From positions 1 through 57,490 of the IMG/VR virus record IMGVR_UViG_3300010376_000038: a stretch of 57,490 nt of DNA; one strand, 5' to 3'. Below are positions 44,259 to 53,326 of this stretch, one piece after another. The translations under genes were made by a program, and so were the position numbers. The stretch is from a virus. Its lineage: Duplodnaviria > Caudoviricetes. Each line of letters begins with the position of its first letter. The first letter of the stretch is position 1. The notes under the pieces were generated by a model, which did no database searches, was not told the origin of the DNA, and saw only the letters and a program-made list of their open reading frames with translations.

Positions 44259-44987
44259 TTAATCCGAGAAGGCGTCGGCTACCTTCTGTAGCTCGGCCTT
44301 CGATGAAACGTCGAGGGATGTGTCATCCCAGAGCTTGTCGTCAAACTTGGCGATCTCGGTCTCGGTCAGCGCCGTGAACTCCCAGTCCTCTTTGAGATCC
44401 CGGATCTTCACGGGCCGTATTGCGGTACGGCGATTGTTCTTCTGGCCGGTCATCTGAACAGCGAAGTACCGCCCCGACAACGGCTCCTTCTTAGCGTAGT
44501 CATCCAGTGAGTCGGTCACAGAGACACCACACTCAAAGGTGACCAGGATGGGCGTGTCGCCCCCACAGTCCAGGATGTTGAAGCGGATCCTGGCGCTGGG
44601 CTTGGGGTCCACGGCATCCAGGGGGCAGTCACCGTCCTGGGTGCAGATGTAGCTCATGCGCTGGCCCCTGGGCATCCACTCAGCCCAGTGCATCAGGAAG
44701 GACGCATACGGCCCGTCTTCCAGGAACATGATCAGGCCCTCTTCGTCGGGCACCTTGTACAGCTTCGTCCACTGACTGGGGGCGTTGGCCTTGGTGCGCC
44801 GGTAGCCACCCCAGCCCTTGGCGACGGCCATCCCACGGTCGTCGTCGGCGTCATCAGCTTCGGAGGGGTGGGGACGGTTGGAACGAAGGGTGGTAGCTGG
44901 TTCACGCCGCAGACGGCGGGGAGCCGCTGGGGCCTCTTCGTACTCTTCGGCTGGACGCGGTCGAACCAGCCTTCTTGGCTGTGGCAT
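44259..44987 (-). CDS. ssb: Single-stranded DNA-binding protein, T4 gp32-like
   Basis: AAAGGAG RBS; FLED.P, H......C.....CP, acidic tail; next to the polymerase. Confidence 0.7.
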   Translation of the reverse strand: MPQPRRLVRPRPAEEYEEAPAAPRRLRREPATTLRSNRPHPSEADDADDDRGMAVAKGWGGYRRTKANAPSQWTKLYKVPDEEGLIMFLEDGPYASFLMHWAEWMPRGQRMSYICTQDGDCPLDAVDPKPSARIRFNILDCGGDTPILVTFECGVSVTDSLDDYAKKEPLSGRYFAVQMTGQKNNRRTAIRPVKIRDLKEDWEFTALTETEIAKFDDKLWDDTSLDVSSKAELQKVADAFSD

Positions 44988-45282
44988 GGGTGCTCCTTTG
45001 TGTGTGTGCAGAAGACAGGAAGTCATCAGCAAGGTTGGGTGATATTTCGCTCCACTGAGCGATGGTCTGGAGTTCCTCGCGGGCGAGTTTTTCCACCTCA
45101 CCGATCACGAGTAGCTCCAGTTGGTCGATCCAGGAACCCCTGGTCTCCCGTAGTGCGGCCCAGTCCTCGTCGGACCAGCCGAGATCGTGGTGGTCAGCCT
45201 CAGCCCCCACCTCGACATGGACGGTCTCGTAGTCGCGGACCCGCACCAGATAGCGGATGTTCTTGGAGAGCTTCACCGCCAT
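44902..45282 (-). CDS. Hypothetical protein
   Basis: VRVRDYETVHVEVGAE; GGAGG RBS. Confidence 0.7.
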   Translation of the reverse strand: MAVKLSKNIRYLVRVRDYETVHVEVGAEADHHDLGWSDEDWAALRETRGSWIDQLELLVIGEVEKLAREELQTIAQWSEISPNLADDFLSSAHTQRSTHATAKKAGSTASSRRVRRGPSGSPPSAA

Positions 45283-45734
45283 GACCTCCAGGAGGCCACC
45301 ACCCGTTGGGTGAAGTTGGTCTCCACCAGCCTGGGTGGCTTAGCCCCCAGGAGGCCCTCCTCAAGGGCGATGATCATGATGCCCTCGATCTGGGCACGGG
45401 TCCAGAGGCGACGACCTGCGTCACCCCTGGACCCGACCACAGGCGGCGTCTGGTACGCGCTGTGTGGTAGCCAACCTTTCCTCATCCAGGCCCGGATGGT
45501 GTTGCTCTCCCGGCCCAGTGCCTTGGCGAGCGCACCGATGTGGAACATCTCGTAGTGGACCCCGTTGATCCACACCTCGACAGGGTGGGCGTCCCAGGGT
45601 TCCTCCTCGCGGGTCTGGCGCTTCTCCTCCACCAGGCGAGCATGACGCGACTGCTTCGATTCACGTCGCAGCCGTTTGGAGCCGGGATAGTACTCGTCCT
45701 GGAGGGGAGCGAATAGCTCCTGGAGGTCGGTCAT
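45273..45734 (-). CDS. MerR-like helix-turn-helix DNA-binding protein
   Basis: FHIGALAKALGRESNTIRAWMRKGWLP...RRLWT. Confidence 0.82.
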   Translation of the reverse strand: MTDLQELFAPLQDEYYPGSKRLRRESKQSRHARLVEEKRQTREEEPWDAHPVEVWINGVHYEMFHIGALAKALGRESNTIRAWMRKGWLPHSAYQTPPVVGSRGDAGRRLWTRAQIEGIMIIALEEGLLGAKPPRLVETNFTQRVVASWRSWR

Positions 45735-45943
45735 CGCGGGTGTGCCACCTTGCTCTTACTGCTCATGGCGACATGCCCTCTCATGTACTCGTCGTTGAAA
45801 TCACTGATCCAGTGCATGTGATCCATGCCGTCCTTGTGACGGTGGCTGACGTATTTGCCTGTGTTGGTTATGCGCCGATGGTGTTCCAGTTCCCGGCGCA
45901 TTGCCATGTCCCGATGCCGACCGTCCCAGACATCGGTGCTCAT
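45731..45943 (-). CDS. His-rich small protein
   Basis: ATGA coupling at both ends. Confidence 0.62.
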   Translation of the reverse strand: MSTDVWDGRHRDMAMRRELEHHRRITNTGKYVSHRHKDGMDHMHWISDFNDEYMRGHVAMSSKSKVAHPR

Positions 45944-46404
45944 GCCCGCACCGGCTTGCGGTCCTCGTCCAGGAGGAAGAACCGGTAGGACGTGACCTTG
46001 GGGAACATGCGGGCGAACTCGTCATCAGTGATGCGGTTGTCGTAGTAGGCCGCTGAGATCCGACTCTCGTCGGGCACCCGGACGACCTCAGTCATCTCCT
46101 CCCACATGCCCTTGTCGGTCAGGATCTCTTCGGCCACGTCTGTGTTGATGATGTTGCTCTGGGTCACGCAGAGGTTCTTCAGGAACTGGATGCGCTGGTC
46201 TCCAATCGGCTCATCGAGATCCAAATAAATGGAGCCGTCTGTGGGATCCTTCTCCCCGTATTTTGTCAGGAGATCCTTAAACCGGTTGGTGCCGTTCTTC
46301 AGCTTGGGGGCCAGCAGGGCCTCCTGGCGCTTGAGGGCGTACCAGTCCCACACCTCCTGTCGGAGGGCCTTCAGATCCAGCTTTACCGCACGCTTCGTAG
46401 GCAT
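45940..46404 (-). CDS. Hypothetical phage protein
   Basis: TAGCCT 7 nt upstream of ATG. Confidence 0.75.
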   Translation of the reverse strand: MPTKRAVKLDLKALRQEVWDWYALKRQEALLAPKLKNGTNRFKDLLTKYGEKDPTDGSIYLDLDEPIGDQRIQFLKNLCVTQSNIINTDVAEEILTDKGMWEEMTEVVRVPDESRISAAYYDNRITDDEFARMFPKVTSYRFFLLDEDRKPVRA

Positions 46405-46442
46405 GGGATAAAGGCTACAGAGGGGGTGTGACCGTCAACCTC

Positions 46443-46793
46443 CTACGGGAGGATCTTCTCCCCTCCCCCGTAGTTGCTGACGATGACCACGGCACGGCGT
46501 TCCTTCTCAGCGACCGCCAGGAGCCGCTCAGTGCCCCGATTCATGGACAACCGGTCCATGAAGGCGATGACCACGTTGGGGTCAGCCCACCTCGACACCG
46601 GGCGGTGAGCCAGGTACTTGAAGGTCTCCACCTCAAACTCCAGGCCCTCCAGGGAGCCATCGTCCTGGATGGTGATGGTCTCGCCCCACTGGCGGGCCTG
46701 GGTGTTGAGGCCCTCCAGCATGAGCCGGAGGATGACCTTGTCGTCGGTCAGCCGCGATCCGCAGAAGAGGTACTGGGGGCCGGGACGTGTCAC
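46443..46793 (-). CDS. Hypothetical protein, SLOG/DUF2493-like
   Basis: LFCGSR, VVIAF, RGT; GTGA coupling. Confidence 0.55.
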   Translation of the reverse strand: MTRPGPQYLFCGSRLTDDKVILRLMLEGLNTQARQWGETITIQDDGSLEGLEFEVETFKYLAHRPVSRWADPNVVIAFMDRLSMNRGTERLLAVAEKERRAVVIVSNYGGGEKILP

Positions 46794-48346
46794 ACCGTGT
46801 TCTCCCGGAGCCACTCCGACAGGCTCTTCAGGTCGAGGGTGACGTTGCCCCTGGGGCTGATGCCCTTGCCGTCCACCACGGCGTCGGCCACCTTTTTCTT
46901 CTGGCCCAGGAGCCGGTACTGGTACTCCTCGACGCTGCCGGTCACCTGAGTGGTGAGCAGGGTCACCCTGGGAAAGACAGATGATAAACGTATGATTCGG
47001 CTCTGTCTCTGTGCGTAGGCCCCGGCTGACCAGGGTAGGTCGTAGCTGATCAGGAAGTTCGCCACCGGCAAGTCAAGCCCAATGCCCCCAGCATCGGAGG
47101 AGAGGAACAGCCGAGTACCCGGATCGGTGGCGAACTCCTGCTTCGCCTTGTCCCTGGCGGTGGTGGAGATGGCCCCGGTGAACAGCACCGACCGTGTCAG
47201 CTTGGCCGTGGCCTTCTGCACCAGATCGAGCATGTCCTTGAAGAAGCTGAACAGCACCACCTTGTTGGTCGGATCGGCGTCGAGGATGTCGGTGATCAAC
47301 TCAACGGCGGCCTCCAGCTTGGGGGAGTCCTTCAGCCCCTCCAGGCGACCGGCCTGATGTAGCTGGTCAGCGTACTCAGACCCGGTCCTGTTGCCTGGTA
47401 GGAGGCCACGGTAGTGAGCCGCGCTCAGCCGGAGCAACTCGGGATGGTCGCAGAGCATCCTCATGCACACGAGCTTGGACATGATCCGACCACGGGCCTC
47501 GCCCTGCTCCTCACCCCGGTAGAAGCCGGAGAGGGAGAAGTTGCCCCAGGTGTTCATGGCCTCAGCCAGTTCAGCCTGAAGGTCACGCACCATGCGCTTA
47601 TACAGCGCCCGGATGTGTTGGTCAGCGTCCACCAGGATGGGCGGTGGGGCCACCACGGCGGGAAGCTGATCCTTGACCTGACTCCTGGTGGCTCGCACCA
47701 TGTGATCGGAGAGGAGCCGGTGCAGGACGGGCAGGTTGCGGTAGACGCGGACCCGGCCCCAGGGGTCACGTTTCACGAATGCTGAATCAAATGTCTTGAA
47801 GTTGCCCAAGACGCTGGGGTCCACCCACTGCATGATCGAGAACACCTCTTCGGCCCGGTTCTCGATGGGCTGCCCAGTTAATACCCACTGATAGGTGGCC
47901 TGAAGTCGCTTGATTTTTTTCGACCGCTGGGGCTTGAAGTTCTTGAACCATGTGGCCTCATCAGCCACGATGAAGTCGCGGGGTAGTTTGGAAACGATCT
48001 CCCAGTCGTTGGTCATCTGCTCTGGATTGATGACGCAATATTCGGCGTCACCACGCTTGTAGCGCAGGTACTGCTGCTCCCGCTGGGCAGCGGTGCCGTT
48101 GATCACGATGACGTTGGCTTCCGGGGCGAAGTCCTCGATCATCCGCTTCCACTGGAGCTTGATCGAGGCGGGGCAGATGATCAGGCCCCCGCCCACCTTG
48201 CCGTCATCGATGAGAGTTTCTACAGCGGCGATGGTGATAACCGTCTTGCCCAGGCCCATCTCGTAAGCCACCAGGAGGTGGCGCATGTCGATCATGGCCT
48301 CTACCGCTTCCTCCTGGAAGGGGTACAGGCTGCCCTTGAAGGTCAC
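46790..48346 (-). CDS. SNF2-family helicase
   Basis: EMGLGKT, VADEAT, LTGQPIEN, GGIGLDL, QRQSRIIR. Confidence 0.92.
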   Translation of the reverse strand: MTFKGSLYPFQEEAVEAMIDMRHLLVAYEMGLGKTVITIAAVETLIDDGKVGGGLIICPASIKLQWKRMIEDFAPEANVIVINGTAAQREQQYLRYKRGDAEYCVINPEQMTNDWEIVSKLPRDFIVADEATWFKNFKPQRSKKIKRLQATYQWVLTGQPIENRAEEVFSIMQWVDPSVLGNFKTFDSAFVKRDPWGRVRVYRNLPVLHRLLSDHMVRATRSQVKDQLPAVVAPPPILVDADQHIRALYKRMVRDLQAELAEAMNTWGNFSLSGFYRGEEQGEARGRIMSKLVCMRMLCDHPELLRLSAAHYRGLLPGNRTGSEYADQLHQAGRLEGLKDSPKLEAAVELITDILDADPTNKVVLFSFFKDMLDLVQKATAKLTRSVLFTGAISTTARDKAKQEFATDPGTRLFLSSDAGGIGLDLPVANFLISYDLPWSAGAYAQRQSRIIRLSSVFPRVTLLTTQVTGSVEEYQYRLLGQKKKVADAVVDGKGISPRGNVTLDLKSLSEWLRENTV

Positions 48347-48471
48347 CAGAGTTCATTCTCCACACAGATGTAGCGGTACTCCGGGCAGGCCCGGTCCCGC
48401 CTCAGACGCCAGATACCGATACGGAACTGTCGCCGTCCCCAGCCGATGTAGGGACGCCACCAGTAGCTCAC
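48343..48471 (-). CDS. Small Trp/Arg-rich protein (42 aa), not in the ORF track
   Basis: MSYWWRPYIGWGRRQFRIGIWRLRRDRACPEYRYICVENELW; GTGA coupling at both ends. Confidence 0.55.
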   Translation of the reverse strand: MSYWWRPYIGWGRRQFRIGIWRLRRDRACPEYRYICVENELW

Positions 48472-49343
48472 CACAGCGCCGCCAGAACGGACTGGTTGAC
48501 ACCCCAGGAGATCTGGTCCGGGTCTAGCTCACCAGGGTCTTTGCCCCGCAGCGGGTAGTTGAAGACCTCCATGCGGATCCGGTGATGCCACCGTTGCTTG
48601 ACAATCCTGTGCATCTCGGCTAGGCCCGCCTTGTCGTTGTCCAGGGCCAGCATGACGCTGTCGCAGCGCTCCACCAGGAGCTTCAACTGTATGTCACTGA
48701 CCTGGGCACCGAACGCCGCGACGGCGGGCACGTCGAGGGTGTCCAGGTAGGCCACGTCGAGCGGTGACTCCACCAGGAGCACGTTGTCACCCCGGAGTAC
48801 GTTCATTCCGAACAGGGTGCGCCCCTTCTTGATCCCTGGCGGGTGGTTGCGGATGAAGTCCCCACCCTTGACCTGCCACCCCCATCTTTCACCATTGGGG
48901 GAGAAGATGGGAATGATCCAGGCAGCCTCCTCGTAGTCCCAGCGAAGCTGGTAGCGATCACAGACCTGGGGCGTGAGTCGGCGGCGTTCCAGGGCACGGG
49001 GCGGGACCGGCCCGAACTCAGCCAGCCGACTCTCCACCACCATACCAATGGGTGGCTCCCAGGCTTCCTGGGACGTGTCCAGGTCGATGTCGAACTCCCG
49101 GATGAGCCGGTGGGCGTCCCACAGGCCCATCCCGGATACGTCAATGATGAGTCGGGACAGGGAGCCTGAGTATTCGCATGAGAAACAATGATGCGCCCCT
49201 GACCGACGATTGATGCTCCAGTGGTCAGGACGGCGCTCGCGCTCCCCGGTGCGCTTCTCGTGCATGGGGCAGCGGGCCTGCACCACGTCACCCAGGATCC
49301 GGATGTCCTCGATCTCCAGGTACTCCAGCAGGTCTTCGATCAC
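48468..49343 (-). CDS. dnaG: DNA primase (CHC2 zinc finger plus Toprim)
   Basis: CPMH...HCFSC, LVESPLD, LALDNDKAG, KDPGE. Confidence 0.92.
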   Translation of the reverse strand: MIEDLLEYLEIEDIRILGDVVQARCPMHEKRTGERERRPDHWSINRRSGAHHCFSCEYSGSLSRLIIDVSGMGLWDAHRLIREFDIDLDTSQEAWEPPIGMVVESRLAEFGPVPPRALERRRLTPQVCDRYQLRWDYEEAAWIIPIFSPNGERWGWQVKGGDFIRNHPPGIKKGRTLFGMNVLRGDNVLLVESPLDVAYLDTLDVPAVAAFGAQVSDIQLKLLVERCDSVMLALDNDKAGLAEMHRIVKQRWHHRIRMEVFNYPLRGKDPGELDPDQISWGVNQSVLAALW

Positions 49344-50197
49344 CCTGCGTCCATGGGGTCACTCATGTCGTCATCGTCGTCGTAGTCCATCTCCTCTCCC
49401 TCGATGATGGACCCGTGGTCAAGATCAACGATCAGCCTCACATCCCTGGGTGAGCAGTTCCGGGATGCCAAGATCCGCAGGAGGGCCGTGTTGGGATCGG
49501 GGCTGCCATCTATCAGCGTTGTCTCAACGCCGAACACCACATCTGAGTCTTGGGCGTAGCTGGACGAGTATCCGATGGAGCCAAGGTTCAGCTTCCCTTT
49601 GGGGCTACGAGACAACAGGGCCTGGGTGGTCTGGACGACAGCCACATCGGCCTGCTGAGCCATCCGCTTGAGGGATCGGGTGATCTGGGTTAGAGCCTGA
49701 GGGCTGCTGGGTGAGAGGTTGGGATCCTCACACTCCATCATGTAGGCCCCGTCGATGAACACCACGTCAGGACGATGGAGAGCAATCTTGGCCCTGATGG
49801 CTGACACTGTGGTGGTGCTTGTGGGATCGTGGACGAGCCAGAGGTGCTGCATGTCTCGTACGGCATGCATCATCCGTTGGAGCTTCTTCCATTCCCACTC
49901 CAGCATCTCGGACGGGCGCTGGAGATGGGTCAGGCTGATGCCCGCCCGGAGGGCGTCGTGACGGGTGTGTTGCTCCCGGTTGGTCATCTCAAAGCTGACG
50001 TACATGGTGACCGCTCCGGCGTTATGGGCGGCGATGTTCATGCACATCAGCAGCATGGACTTCTTCACCTTGGGGTTACCAGCCAGGGTGACTAACTGGC
50101 CTTTCTGGAGACCAGCCGTGGCGCGGTCCATGGAAGGGAACCCGGTGGGCCAACCCAGTAGGCCCCTGACCGTGGTCATGTCCTGGTAGTAGCTCAT
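49340..50197 (-). CDS. dnaB: DnaB-like replicative helicase, C-terminal ATPase part
   Basis: PTGF..MD..T.GL..GQL, variant Walker A GNPKVKKS, SFEM, FIDGAY, QDSDVV. Confidence 0.88.
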   Translation of the reverse strand: MSYYQDMTTVRGLLGWPTGFPSMDRATAGLQKGQLVTLAGNPKVKKSMLLMCMNIAAHNAGAVTMYVSFEMTNREQHTRHDALRAGISLTHLQRPSEMLEWEWKKLQRMMHAVRDMQHLWLVHDPTSTTTVSAIRAKIALHRPDVVFIDGAYMMECEDPNLSPSSPQALTQITRSLKRMAQQADVAVVQTTQALLSRSPKGKLNLGSIGYSSSYAQDSDVVFGVETTLIDGSPDPNTALLRILASRNCSPRDVRLIVDLDHGSIIEGEEMDYDDDDDMSDPMDAG

Positions 50198-50203
50198 CCG
50201 TTC

Positions 50204-50617
50204 CTACCAAGTGTCGTTGAGCCGGTCATCCAGTAGCTCGGTTACCTCCTGGTGGAGGCCCTCCAGACCAGTCGACAGCAGCTTGACCACGATGCTGGTG
50301 TCTTGGTTCTTGAGCGGTTCTTTGACCTGATCGAGCATGTCTGTAACCAGGGCATAGCGCCGCTGATCGCGTAGCTCATCGATGTAGTAGGCCAAGGGTT
50401 CTGGTGTTTCTACCAGTTGGTCTGCCGGGTACTCCCGATGAAACGCGTCCTCGCTGGGGGATGAGCCGTACTGGTTCCAGTGACTGCTCATCCAGTCGAA
50501 GACCGCTGCGTTGTCGGGGTCCAGGAAGAAGGTGTTGGTGATCCTGGCGTGGGCTAGGGCGTCAAAGTTACGGTCCTGGATGGTGCGGCAGATCGTCTCC
50601 CACTCGATGTCACCCAT
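50204..50617 (-). CDS. DnaB-like helicase, N-terminal part, ending at an in-frame TAG
   Basis: Same frame as the C-terminal part: TGG TAG GAA CGG ATG. Confidence 0.78.
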   Translation of the reverse strand: MGDIEWETICRTIQDRNFDALAHARITNTFFLDPDNAAVFDWMSSHWNQYGSSPSEDAFHREYPADQLVETPEPLAYYIDELRDQRRYALVTDMLDQVKEPLKNQDTSIVVKLLSTGLEGLHQEVTELLDDRLNDTW

Positions 50618-51066
50618 CACTGCCACGCAATGGGCATGTCAGGGTGGAGGCACTGGCCGTTCGGCCCGAAGGCGAACCGCTGCTCCTCCAGGCCGTAGTA
50701 CACACGCTCGACGTCGGGCATGACGGCCAGACGCCGCCCCAGGTTGACCGCAGGCTCGTTCCACACGAAGTGGATGGGCCAGTTCTCATCGTTGACCTTC
50801 CTGGTCAGCGCCCTGGTGAAAGGGGCCGACCGGGTGGTGACGCACAGGTCGATCCGCCAAGTGGTGCGCTGCCAGAGCGTCCACATGAGGGCCAGCGCGT
50901 GGTAGCGGACCTTCCAGTAGTCCACGGCGCGCCGGTTCTGGCCGGTGCTGATCGCCATGCGCTCCAGGCCCCTGATGACTCGACTGGGAGGGAGCGTGGC
51001 AACTGCTCCCTCCCAGACGAAGATGACTCTTTGGGTGGAATCAGTCCCTATCTGACCATGCCGCAC
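50617..51066 (-). CDS. Degenerate HAD-like protein
   Basis: VIFVWEGAVA, LCVTTR; lies between loader and helicase. Confidence 0.62.
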   Translation of the reverse strand: MRHGQIGTDSTQRVIFVWEGAVATLPPSRVIRGLERMAISTGQNRRAVDYWKVRYHALALMWTLWQRTTWRIDLCVTTRSAPFTRALTRKVNDENWPIHFVWNEPAVNLGRRLAVMPDVERVYYGLEEQRFAFGPNGQCLHPDMPIAWQ

Positions 51067-51677
51067 CGGTAGTCCTCACCCTCCATCTTGATGATGATGG
51101 TGGCCTCCCGGACCCAGCTTGACAGGCCCTCGCTGTAGCGACGCTTGAGATCCATGTCGATCTTGTCGTTCTCATTGGGGATGTTGGTGGTGATCAGGGT
51201 GGGCAGCTTCCGCATGTGCCGGTACCGGAGCAGGCTGAAGACTTGCTCGTTTGACCAGCCTGATTCCGATTCGTGCTCGCGGCCCAGATCATCCAGGAGC
51301 AGGAACTGTGCCCGCCTGATGTAGCGCACCTGACTGTCAAGGTAGAGGGAGCGCTCACCGTCCTCTTCGTAGCCGTACTTCTGGACACGCCCATTCACCC
51401 GCATCATCTCCAGGTGCAGATTGATGTAGGTGAACAGATCGAGGCACTCGATCTTGTAGCCCGCCTCTTTAGCCGCACCCATAACGCAGCACGCCAGGTG
51501 GGTCTTGCCCACCCCGTTCTCGCCTACGAAGGTGAGTCCGATGCCCTCGTCCTTCATCACCTTCAAGTGCTGGACGTAATCGAAGGTCACGGCTAGGGCG
51601 CGCTCCAGGCTGGTGTTACCACCAGGCTCAAAGCCCTCCAAGGTCTTGTCGCGGTACAACGGGAACACGTCGTTCAT
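51048..51677 (-). CDS. DnaC/IstB-like AAA+ helicase loader
   Basis: GENGVGKTHLA, LLLDDLG.E, PTLITTN. Confidence 0.92.
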   Translation of the reverse strand: MNDVFPLYRDKTLEGFEPGGNTSLERALAVTFDYVQHLKVMKDEGIGLTFVGENGVGKTHLACCVMGAAKEAGYKIECLDLFTYINLHLEMMRVNGRVQKYGYEEDGERSLYLDSQVRYIRRAQFLLLDDLGREHESESGWSNEQVFSLLRYRHMRKLPTLITTNIPNENDKIDMDLKRRYSEGLSSWVREATIIIKMEGEDYRCGMVR

Positions 51678-52204
51678 AGTTCCTCTCCCAAGAAGTTGCG
51701 GTTACAGTTACGGCAGTGGTAGCGCTGGCGGTCGGGCAGGAGGCTGTTCACACTACGCCCGTTGCGTGACACGGTCTCCTGTTGGTTGCAGTAGGGGCAC
51801 AGCGGCATCTCGGCCTTGGCCTGGATCCGCTTGCGCTCCCCGGCGCGGTAGCTCTCCCTGAGCCTCTTGGCGGCTATGCGCTCGGCCCAGTGCCGCTTCG
51901 ACCAGTCCCGCCTCCAGTCGTAGTAGCTCTCGATCCCGGCGTGGATACGTCCACGCACGTCTTCGGTCAGACCGGCGAAGGTGCCGTTGGGGAAGTCCTT
52001 GTAGTTCGCCAGGGTCCAACGGGTGCATTCCCGGAACACCGGGCAGCGGAAGCAGATCCCCTGGCATGACGCCAGGGCCTCGATGCTGGGGTCGAAGAAC
52101 AGGTCGTTCCATCGCCCGGTGGAGGTCATGCAGCCGCGCCGGGGGTCGTCAAGAAACTCGTCTGAGGCTTGGCCCCAGACCCAGAGGGGGGTACGCCGGG
52201 TCAC
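51674..52204 (-). CDS. whiB: WhiB-like protein with a C-terminal zinc ribbon
   Basis: C...LFF...IC.RCPV..EC...GTFAGLT...R, then CPYC...RNG...QRYHCRNC; GTGA coupling. Confidence 0.8.
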   Translation of the reverse strand: MTRRTPLWVWGQASDEFLDDPRRGCMTSTGRWNDLFFDPSIEALASCQGICFRCPVFRECTRWTLANYKDFPNGTFAGLTEDVRGRIHAGIESYYDWRRDWSKRHWAERIAAKRLRESYRAGERKRIQAKAEMPLCPYCNQQETVSRNGRSVNSLLPDRQRYHCRNCNRNFLGEEL

Positions 52205-52944
52205 GCTGGTGAGTATGTACGGGGGGTGTGACAATCCCAGTAGCTGCCGGGGCCGGTGTAGTTCCGGCTGTTGACACGAGCCGCAGGATCCCGCGCCTGC
52301 TGAGACGTGACCAAAGTGACCAGTTGATCGCGCCGGGCCAGGAACACACGCCAGACAGGAGTCCTGGATCGGTGGTACCACTCGGGATGTCGACCGAACT
52401 CCTCCATCATCAGACGTAAGGTCTCGATGCTGATCCCGTACTTAGGCTTCCAGGTCTTCAGGTTGCGGGCCATGGCCTCAAACTTGCATTGGGGCCGGAT
52501 GTTCTCTGGGAGCACTGTTGGAAAAAAATCCCGTGCCAGAAGGCTGACTGGATTTTGGACAGACTCCGACTTAACCCCGTTGAAAGCAAAAGCACCAGGA
52601 ATCACTCCAACCGCCAACCCAGTTGGGTCGCCCATGCGGCGCTTCGCGCCTAACATAGGCTCCCTGCCGCCTGCGGCGGGGAAGCCTGGGGGATTACCTC
52701 CTCCGCAGAGGCAAAACACCAGTACGCGGTACCGGAAACTTTCTCCGCACGTCACCCGCTCGATGTAGTCGGCGTCCTCCAGGTACTGGAATGAGTCCTC
52801 ATCCGCCCCCGACTGGTAGTGCAGCCGATCCTCGCTCATCAGCACCAGGCCCTGACGCCCGGTCTTCCTCGTCATGAAGGTGAGAAGCCGGTGCTTCGGC
52901 CCTTCACCCAGTTCAAGGCATGGTGGTACCAGACTGCCCTCCAT
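52201..52944 (-). CDS. First gene of the replication operon, putative initiator
   Basis: GAGGAG RBS; possible N-terminal winged helix (YLEDADYIER); upstream of loader and helicase. Confidence 0.55.
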   Translation of the reverse strand: MEGSLVPPCLELGEGPKHRLLTFMTRKTGRQGLVLMSEDRLHYQSGADEDSFQYLEDADYIERVTCGESFRYRVLVFCLCGGGNPPGFPAAGGREPMLGAKRRMGDPTGLAVGVIPGAFAFNGVKSESVQNPVSLLARDFFPTVLPENIRPQCKFEAMARNLKTWKPKYGISIETLRLMMEEFGRHPEWYHRSRTPVWRVFLARRDQLVTLVTSQQARDPAARVNSRNYTGPGSYWDCHTPRTYSPA

Positions 52945-53043
52945 GCTGCTCCTCTCCCGGTCAGCAGCCCCGTTGTGACGATGCTGCTCCTATGTGCCAG
53001 CCCGCTTGGATCTCCCGCTCGGGGGACGTGCAGGTAACCCCGA

Positions 53044-53072
53044 ACAATGCACCCGGCAGAGGCCACTGTCAA
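53044..53072 (-). promoter_or_regulatory. Candidate promoter of the replication operon
   Basis: TTGACA-N17-CATTGT on the minus strand. Confidence 0.5.
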
Positions 53073-53141
53073 GTGGCAAATCTCTTCCAGGATGTGCTGT
53101 GGAAAACTACAAAGATGGGCTTATCCTGAGCGTGGCAAAGG

Positions 53142-53171
53142 ATGCAAGTCAGATCTAGATTTGACTTGCAT
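53142..53171. repeat. 30-bp AT-rich palindrome
   Basis: atgcaagtcagatct-agatttgacttgcat, one mismatch. Confidence 0.9.
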
Positions 53172-53326
53172 ATCAGGGTTCGTTCTACAGCGCCGCCTAC
53201 GACCGACTGTGACCGACTGAGGGCGCAGCGAGTGTGGTAGCCGCCAGGAAAAACCCTAGTGTAGTTCCAGCCTCTTCGCAACCCCTGATTTTTTCCACAG
53301 GTTGTCCCCTTCCTAGCCTGGTGGTG

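Noticed and set aside
50204-50206. Genome-wide TAG reassignment
   Set aside because: TAG ends many genes at natural positions (3865, 6824, 10742, 15328, 17425, 36362, 54973) and no other gene appears fragmented
51674-51810. IS1 insertion element
   Set aside because: Only the zinc ribbon is present, fused in frame to WhiB; no DDE domain or terminal repeats
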